The notes under the pieces: model-generated | The model's database searches: none | What the model saw: only the letters and a program-made list of their open reading frames with translations | Told to the model about the DNA's origin: nothing | DNA from: Candidatus Woesearchaeota archaeon | GTDB lineage: Archaea; Nanobdellota; Nanobdellia; SCGC-AAA011-G17; JACPIM01 | DNA length: 18,619 nucleotides | Assembly: GCA_964584825.1 (NCBI GenBank) | Contig: CAZPBI010000003.1 | Coordinates: 13,382 to 32,000 of the forward strand | Reading direction: 5' to 3' | In this document: positions 13,606 to 18,619 of the stretch, one piece after another | Layout of the letters: each line of letters starts with the position of its first letter | How positions within the stretch are numbered: the first letter of the stretch is position 1 | Translations under genes and position numbers: made by a program

Positions 13606-13776
13606 TTATTCCTCTTTAATTACAAAATTTTTTGGTTTTCCATATATATCAAATTCAAGCCCCATACATCTTAGTTCTCTTCTTAAATCTTGCTCTTTCC
13701 AATTAATTTGACGAAGATTCTTTTGTATTTCCTTAAACTTTTCTAAATCTTTTCCTTCTAAAATTTTCTTTTCCAT
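13606..13776 (-). CDS. hypothetical 56-aa protein
   Basis: Hand-translated: MEKKILEGKDLEKFKEIQKNLRQINWKEQDLRRELRCMGLEFDIYGKPKNFVIKEE. SD GGAGGAATGAAAAATG. Confidence 0.55.
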   Translation of the reverse strand: MEKKILEGKDLEKFKEIQKNLRQINWKEQDLRRELRCMGLEFDIYGKPKNFVIKEE

Positions 13777-13779
13777 TTT

Positions 13780-14004
13780 TCATTCCTCCTCTTTTTGAGT
13801 ATTTTCATCTACTTCTACTTTTGTTTTTACTCGTAAAAGTTTATCTTTTAACTCCCATTTTTCATCAAACAATCCTAACCATTCCTCATTTATTCTTTCA
13901 AATGCTCTACTACCTACTTCAAACATCACTAATTTTTCTTCTATATTCAACATTTCTTTTTCCAAACTTACAATTTCATTTTCTAACTCTTCTTTATTTA
14001 CCAT
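13780..14004 (-). CDS. acidic coiled-coil 74-aa protein, first gene after promoter repeat A
   Basis: Track ORF. GGAGG lies 8 nt upstream of the ATG. Confidence 0.65.
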   Translation of the reverse strand: MVNKEELENEIVSLEKEMLNIEEKLVMFEVGSRAFERINEEWLGLFDEKWELKDKLLRVKTKVEVDENTQKEEE

Positions 14005-14012
14005 ACCATACT

Positions 14013-14075
14013 CCTCCTATATATATAAACCCTAAACTAAACAGGTTATATATAAAGGTTATGGTTGAGGTTATT
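14013..14075 (-). promoter_or_regulatory. 63-nt promoter/leader repeat, copy A (AACC-TTTATATATA ... AGTTTAGGGTTT ... GGAGG)
   Basis: 53/63 positions are identical to 17105-17167 in an ungapped hand alignment. It begins right after the SNF2 stop and ends in the SD of the next gene. TTTATATA is at 14056-14049 (minus strand). Confidence 0.55.
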
Positions 14076-15440
14076 CTATTCTACTATCACTTTCCTTAAA
14101 AACTCCTCTCTAATCTCTTGTTTATTCTCTAACACTTCATTAACTCTATCTTCAATGCTATCTTCCGCCAACAAATAATACACAAATACTGTTTTCTTTT
14201 GTCCTGTGCGATAAAGTCGTGCAATTGCCTGTTCTTCCACAGCGGGGTTCCAAGGACGATTGATAAAAATTACAACATTTGCATTTTGTAGGTTTAGTCC
14301 ATAACCTCCTACTTTTGTTTGTGCGAGTAGTATCTGGCACTCACCACTAGTAAAGTTTTGTATGTTCATTTCCTTCTCTTTTACTTTCTCCTCTCCGGTT
14401 AGTAATAGCGAATTGAAAAACCTACTCCTCAACTCTTCTAATGGAGTTAAAAACTCACTAAATACAACAATCTTACCTACATTCTCTTTCTCTAACTCTT
14501 CTACTAACTTCACTACTTCATCTACTTTTGTATTGTTGGTGGTTGTTAAGGATTGGGAGAGTTGGTGTATTTTAATGTCTTGGCTATGGGTATTAGCCAA
14601 TCCACTTAACCCATTACACACAACCCTCATCATTTGCACTATTCCTATAAAACTTTCTTCTCTATCAATCTTTTCCTTCGCCATCTTCTTCAACTCTCTC
14701 AAAACACCTTTTTCTTCTTGGCTTAATTCAACATAAATGTTTTCCTTGATTAGAGGAGGTAATTGTAATCCAATATCTTCTTTTGTCCTCCTTAAATAGT
14801 AGGGTTGTAGGCGCTGCTTCAACTCTTCAATATTTTTCATTCCATAAATCATCTTAATTAACCTATTCCCTATTCTTTGATAACCTACTTCCAAATACCT
14901 ATCCTCAAATGCCATATACTTACCTAGAACCCTATAATCCAACCAATTGAATAAAGACCACAATTCCTTACCGGTATTTTCTATTGGTGTGCCCGTTAGA
15001 AGGTATTTTCTATCCGCTTTTAATAGCCTAATCCTTTGTGTTGTTTTGTTGTAGAAGTTTTTAATTCTCGTTGCCTCATCTAACACAACTACATCCCAAT
15101 TAGTAGTAAAAGGCAAATCATCAAATCTAAACAATTCATAATTAGCGATTTTAATAGTGGAAAAAGCATTCCATAACTCTATTCTTTGTTTTTTACTTCC
15201 TTCAATAATCTGACAATCCAAATCACTAAATTCCCTAATCAAATTATACCACTGTTTTTTAAGTGACGATGGACAAATGATTAGGCAATTTTTTAACTTA
15301 CCTTCATTAAATAATTTTTCCAAAAGTGCGATTGATTGTACTGATTTCCCTAGACCCATTTCATCAAATAGTGCAAAATGTAGATTATCATACATTCTAT
15401 CTACACCCTCCTTTTCATACTGCCATAATTCTTTCTTCAT
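14076..15440 (-). CDS. SNF2-family (Rad54/Swi2-like) DNA-dependent ATPase/helicase
   Basis: Motif I DEMGLGKS, Ia LIICPSSLKKQW, II VVLDEATRIKN, III LLTGTPIEN, V-VI GGYGLNLQNANVVIFINRPWNPAVEEQAIARLYRTGQKK. The track start at 15452 is a TTG. The ATG at 15440 (MKKELWQYEKEG) with an ATGA overlap is preferred. Confidence 0.9.
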   Translation of the reverse strand: MKKELWQYEKEGVDRMYDNLHFALFDEMGLGKSVQSIALLEKLFNEGKLKNCLIICPSSLKKQWYNLIREFSDLDCQIIEGSKKQRIELWNAFSTIKIANYELFRFDDLPFTTNWDVVVLDEATRIKNFYNKTTQRIRLLKADRKYLLTGTPIENTGKELWSLFNWLDYRVLGKYMAFEDRYLEVGYQRIGNRLIKMIYGMKNIEELKQRLQPYYLRRTKEDIGLQLPPLIKENIYVELSQEEKGVLRELKKMAKEKIDREESFIGIVQMMRVVCNGLSGLANTHSQDIKIHQLSQSLTTTNNTKVDEVVKLVEELEKENVGKIVVFSEFLTPLEELRSRFFNSLLLTGEEKVKEKEMNIQNFTSGECQILLAQTKVGGYGLNLQNANVVIFINRPWNPAVEEQAIARLYRTGQKKTVFVYYLLAEDSIEDRVNEVLENKQEIREEFLRKVIVE

Positions 15441-15610
15441 TTTCTTTTCCAATTTCCACAGCCTTTACATATGACTACTTCATAAATTTCATATTCAGTA
15501 TTTTCACCTCTTATTCCATCTCTTCTTTCTTTCACACCTGCTTCTGTTTCAAAATATTCTTTCCTTCCTACTTCTTCTGATAAATCATACCAATCCAAAC
15601 ACCAAGTCAT
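15437..15610 (-). CDS. hypothetical 57-aa protein (C-terminal CKGC)
   Basis: Hand-translated: MTWCLDWYDLSEEVGRKEYFETEAGVKERRDGIRGENTEYEIYEVVICKGCGNWKRK. ATGA overlaps at both ends. Confidence 0.5.
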   Translation of the reverse strand: MTWCLDWYDLSEEVGRKEYFETEAGVKERRDGIRGENTEYEIYEVVICKGCGNWKRK

Positions 15611-15867
15611 TTTCTCACTTTCAATCTAATTTTTTTGCTCCAATTTCTTTTAAAATATTCGTCAGCACAATTTTCTTCACCAGAATATTCAATTCTTGCT
15701 CTTTTATCTTTTTTGATAACAAATTTAATTTGCCCCATATTTATTTTATATTCTTTCAATCTATATGCTCTACAAATCCAATTTGGTAAATAGAACCACA
15801 ATCCATCATATTCTTTTATTTTTTTTCTATCTAATGGATACCATATTAATTCTAATGGAGTTTTCAT
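15607..15867 (-). CDS. hypothetical basic 86-aa protein
   Basis: Track ORF with junction AGGAAGTGAGAAAATG. Confidence 0.65.
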   Translation of the reverse strand: MKTPLELIWYPLDRKKIKEYDGLWFYLPNWICRAYRLKEYKINMGQIKFVIKKDKRARIEYSGEENCADEYFKRNWSKKIRLKVRK

Positions 15868-15871
15868 TTTC

Positions 15872-16696
15872 TCACTTCCTAATTATTGCCTCTATTGGTT
15901 CTGCCAATAAAGTATTGGCTTTTTCAAGATATGTCTCCCTTGTCATTTCAGATTTTTCAATCAATTTACTACTTGCCATGTTTGTTATTAGATTATACAA
16001 TTCCCATCTATTCATTTTACCTAACTCTGAAGCCTTAGAAAGTATATATTCCCTATATCTTTTTCCAATTCCTATTTTTTCTAATACTTCTCCTATCACT
16101 TCTTTTTCTACATAATCTTTTGCTGCTTCTGTTATTGCTATGTTAAGTTCATTTCCAAACTCAGCAATTTTTATTGTTATGTCTTTGAATACATCTACCT
16201 GTGTGTTTCCTTTATGTATTTTATACATACAAGCAAATAACTTTTTACCAAAAATCATCCCGTTTTGGCAAATGCTTCTATACGCAAACGCCTTACCAAT
16301 AATAGAACCACTTCCGTCATAGGTGTTTGATACTCTTAATCCAAGATTTATTTTATGCCCGTCTTCAGGTTGTATCATAAATTTATCATCTTGGAAAAGC
16401 AAATCTACATATACTCTTTTCCCTTCATCTCTTACAAATCCTTTAACTTCTGTATTGAGGTGTCTTATTCCCATTAATATTGGATTAAATGCTTCTTGGT
16501 GTTGAACGAGGTTATATTTATCAGACATTATTGCTTCGCATTTACTCTTATTGATATTCCACACTGCCAAAAACTTTGGTTGTATTTTTGTAGTTTTTCC
16601 GTCTTGAATAAACACTTCTCTTGTTTCAGCAGTATCAAGATTTGTAATAATATTCTCTAATTCATCTATGTTTGAGAATGTTGATGGTTTAGTCAT
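15872..16696 (-). CDS. DUF932 (phage/plasmid-like protein) family member
   Basis: SDKYNLVQHQEAF, VSNTYDGSGSI, RSICQNGMIFG, KIHKGN and NRWELYNLITNMAS follow the order and spacing of DUF932 signature blocks as I recall them. Confidence 0.7.
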   Translation of the reverse strand: MTKPSTFSNIDELENIITNLDTAETREVFIQDGKTTKIQPKFLAVWNINKSKCEAIMSDKYNLVQHQEAFNPILMGIRHLNTEVKGFVRDEGKRVYVDLLFQDDKFMIQPEDGHKINLGLRVSNTYDGSGSIIGKAFAYRSICQNGMIFGKKLFACMYKIHKGNTQVDVFKDITIKIAEFGNELNIAITEAAKDYVEKEVIGEVLEKIGIGKRYREYILSKASELGKMNRWELYNLITNMASSKLIEKSEMTRETYLEKANTLLAEPIEAIIRK

Positions 16697-16699
16697 TTT

Positions 16700-16948
16700 T
16701 CATCCCTCCTCCTTGAAATTTGCCCAGAATTTCCTTCTCATTTCATTGGCTTTCTCATAAATTATTTTGCATTCATCGCAATCAATTTTATTCCCATACT
16801 TGCATTCAAGCTCTATTTCTATCATTATTTGCATCCCGAACTCAATCGTAAGCAGGTCTAAAGGCATCGCATTATAGCCTTTTATCCTCTGTGAAGGATT
16901 TCTGCACCTGAGAAAGCTCCTCATTTCATTTTCACTTATTTCTTTCAT
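16700..16948 (-). CDS. hypothetical 82-aa protein
   Basis: Track ORF 16700..16978 trimmed to the ATG at 16948 (MKEISENE), which overlaps the upstream stop as ATGA. Confidence 0.6.
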   Translation of the reverse strand: MKEISENEMRSFLRCRNPSQRIKGYNAMPLDLLTIEFGMQIMIEIELECKYGNKIDCDECKIIYEKANEMRRKFWANFKEEG

Positions 16949-17097
16949 TGTTTTGACTCCATAAAACAAGCCTCGCAAAGTCCTTCATCCAAATTGGCAA
17001 CAGTTCCGCATCTTTTGCAAAGTCTGAGTTCTCCAAGAGTAGGGTCTGCCAAGACATTCATCCCATTCAGTTTTGAATAATTCATTATTGCTGGCAT
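16945..17097 (-). CDS. zinc-ribbon protein, 50 aa, first gene after promoter repeat B
   Basis: Hand-translated: MPAIMNYSKLNGMNVLADPTLGELRLCKRCGTVANLDEGLCEACFMESKQ. GGAGG lies 7 nt upstream. Replaces track ORF 16985..17173. Confidence 0.55.
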   Translation of the reverse strand: MPAIMNYSKLNGMNVLADPTLGELRLCKRCGTVANLDEGLCEACFMESKQ

Positions 17098-17104
17098 ATT
17101 TTTT

Positions 17105-17167
17105 CCTCCTATATAATAAAACCCTAAACTCTACAGGATATATATAAAGGTTTTGTTTGAATTTATT
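17105..17167 (-). promoter_or_regulatory. 63-nt promoter/leader repeat, copy B
   Basis: See copy A. It lies just downstream of the GHKL gene stop (17174). AAAACC-TTTATATA is at 17154-17141 (minus strand). Confidence 0.55.
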
Positions 17168-17173
17168 CATCAT

Positions 17174-18574
17174 TCATACCTCAAAAAATGCAGGTTCTTT
17201 AAGGGCAAGCATAATTAACTCTCCTGCCATTTTAGTTATTGCTTGATGATAGCTTTTTTCTACATGCCATCCTTCTTTATGCCCCAACTCATGGAGGATT
17301 AAATCTGTGGTTTCTGCACTTATTGGGTTATTGAAAAAGTTTTTTGGCAACCTACTTATATTGAAAGTTAAGGTATCATTTCCAAATGATGCACATTCAT
17401 CTCCTCTTGATTTAACAAACACTACTTTTAGGCCAAACTTAAGAAGTCTTTCTGCAATTTTCTGAGCATATTTCCTAACCCTCATTTGGTTTTCTGATAA
17501 CTCCTTTACCTCCTCACCCTCTACAAATGTAGCTCCAAACAACTTACTTGATGAGCAGATTAGATTTGCTCCTTTTACATTTTCCCATTCTTCCTTACTC
17601 ATCTCTGAACCTCTAACTACTCTATATCCACTTGCTATCGCTTCATCTATACTTCTTCTATCAAAAGGGTCTGCTACACAAACCTTATCTCCAAATCTCT
17701 TATTTATTACTTCTTTCAAAATTTCCTCATCTATTCTTTTACTTGTTGTTGCTTCTCTAACCCATACTTGAGAGGAATTTATTTCTGTTATATCTTCTCC
17801 TATGTGGTTTAGTACCTCTGCATACAACTCTGTAAGGAAAGAAGGTAAAACTACATCCCTATCAATACTTAAGGGTATTTTTTGCTGAACATCTATACTA
17901 AACTCACACTCTATTTTTTGTATTGGTAATCCCATCTCATATAAAATTGGAGCTTCTGATTTTACTACATTCACATTCGTCTTTCTAAATACCCTTTTCA
18001 TTATTCTGTTTTCTTCAATTTCTGTTAAAAGCGAAGCTTCAAAAGTTTTATAAGGTTGTATATATTTGATTTTTTCTCCATTTACTTCAAGATAAATACC
18101 TTTTGGAATAAGATATGTTTTTACACTATCTAACATTTCTTGGTATTCTTCTCTTTTCATTTTAATTTTTACTGTAATTTTACTACCCTTTTCTCTATTT
18201 TTTCTTTCATTCCTTCTTCCTTCAACATCAAAAACCACTGTTCCTTTTGTAGTTTCTACTGTTGCTTCTTCACATATTGATAATATCTGCTTTTCACCTA
18301 TATTAAATCTACCTCTTTTTTCCGGATTCTTGCGTTTTTCTGTATGTTGGAACAAGGTATAACTATCAGTCAAATCTCTAAATCCTTCTGGATTATCATC
18401 TTCTACACTAATCTTCGCTACTTCATTTTCATAGTCTGCCTTTACTACACACTTTTTAGTATTTTCATCCCAAGCATTTTGAACAAGTTCTTTTAATACA
18501 AAGGACTTAGATTTTCCTTCTTGTAACTCTCTTAATCCTTCTTTTGAAACTTCAAACCAATTTTTACTTTCCAT
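17174..18574 (-). CDS. GHKL (HATPase_c, sacsin/MORC/Hsp90-like) ATPase with C-terminal HExxH zincin-like motif, 466 aa
   Basis: N box LKELVQNAWDE (aa 27-37). G1-like VEDDNPEGF. G2-like RGRFNIGEKQ. C-terminal LILHELGHKEGWH (aa 425-437). Confidence 0.7.
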   Translation of the reverse strand: MESKNWFEVSKEGLRELQEGKSKSFVLKELVQNAWDENTKKCVVKADYENEVAKISVEDDNPEGFRDLTDSYTLFQHTEKRKNPEKRGRFNIGEKQILSICEEATVETTKGTVVFDVEGRRNERKNREKGSKITVKIKMKREEYQEMLDSVKTYLIPKGIYLEVNGEKIKYIQPYKTFEASLLTEIEENRIMKRVFRKTNVNVVKSEAPILYEMGLPIQKIECEFSIDVQQKIPLSIDRDVVLPSFLTELYAEVLNHIGEDITEINSSQVWVREATTSKRIDEEILKEVINKRFGDKVCVADPFDRRSIDEAIASGYRVVRGSEMSKEEWENVKGANLICSSSKLFGATFVEGEEVKELSENQMRVRKYAQKIAERLLKFGLKVVFVKSRGDECASFGNDTLTFNISRLPKNFFNNPISAETTDLILHELGHKEGWHVEKSYHQAITKMAGELIMLALKEPAFFEV

Positions 18575-18580
18575 TCTTAA

Positions 18581-18619
18581 TCACTTGTTCTTACATTTAT
18601 CATGTGCTACTTTCTGCTT
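18581..18619 (-). CDS. 3' end of an upstream gene truncated by the window edge
   Basis: Open frame ...KQKVAHDKCKNK* runs to the window edge. It ends in AAGTGATTAAGAATG, which supplies the SD for the GHKL gene. Confidence 0.35.
   Translation of the reverse strand, partial: KQKVAHDKCKNK

Noticed and set aside
14158-14340. Minus-strand 60-aa ORF inside the SNF2 gene.
   Set aside because: It is out of frame within the conserved helicase motif V-VI region. It is Arg/Cys/Thr-rich, unlike every other protein in the window.
15441-15452. Long N-terminal extensions in the track (TTG at 15452, GTG at 7006, upstream starts at 421, 3265, 6002 and 16978).
   Set aside because: Internal ATGs with GGAGG/GGTGAT-type SDs or ATGA coupling remove the overlaps with upstream genes and fit the pattern of the whole window. 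The longer forms cannot be excluded without conservation data.
313-16505. All plus-strand track ORFs (for example 313..771, 3042..3416, 3313..3645, 5035..5457, 12912..13265, 14362..14736, 15765..16115).
   Set aside because: They are F/L/S/I-rich low-complexity translations of the T-rich antisense strand of well-supported minus-strand genes. They lack SD sequences and show no motifs. They are typical shadow ORFs in AT-rich DNA.
16985-17173. Track ORF of 62 aa between the GHKL gene and the next operon.
   Set aside because: Its N-terminal half is a translation of the conserved promoter/leader repeat. A better-supported 50-aa zinc-ribbon frame (16945..17097), with GGAGG and an ATGA overlap, explains the region.
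1-18619. Alternative genetic code or stop-codon recoding.
   Set aside because: With the standard code, genes close with TAA, TGA and TAG and tile the strand almost perfectly. The only two frame problems (9827-9835 and 12891-12904) are explained by a homopolymer and a tandem duplication.

Overview
This is an AT-rich 18.6-kb segment. Coding stretches I sampled by hand are roughly 20-32% G+C. Every credible gene lies on the minus strand: about 60 short, tightly packed genes, many overlapping as ATGA or TAATG. About 20 of them fall below the 60-aa cutoff of the supplied track and were recovered by hand translation. No rRNA, tRNA, CRISPR array, integrase or transposase is visible. Proteins recognisable from motifs are: a GHKL-type ATPase with a C-terminal HExxH motif (17174-18574), a DUF932-like protein (15872-16696), an SNF2-family helicase (14076-15440), a T4 endonuclease V-like pyrimidine-dimer glycosylase (5595-5972), a protein with two winged-helix repeats (9081-9713) and a small ribbon-helix-helix protein (9718-9838). 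There are also five clustered small membrane proteins (1334-3053) and more than 20 small CxxC zinc-ribbon proteins. The remaining genes are orphans. Several properties fit the early or accessory region of a virus, provirus or plasmid, most likely from an AT-rich, probably thermophilic archaeon: unidirectional packing, K/E/I-rich proteins, abundant zinc ribbons, GGTGAT-type Shine-Dalgarno sequences embedded in upstream gene ends, and promoter-like AAAACC-TTTATATA elements. The host call is inference only. The most interesting items are listed here. (1) A 431-nt ORF-free, G+C-enriched, stem-rich island (8017-8447) in an otherwise gap-free gene array, which is a candidate structured RNA or origin-type element, next to a block of DNA-binding genes. 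(2) A 63-nt promoter/leader element present twice (14013-14075 and 17105-17167). (3) An RHH gene whose ATG is put out of frame by an A9 tract. (4) The GHKL-HExxH fusion and the adjacent DUF932/SNF2 operon. (5) A membrane-protein cluster with a paralogous Cys-containing N-terminal module. (6) A 7-nt tandem duplication that splits a micro-gene. All family names come from motifs recalled from memory. No database search was possible.
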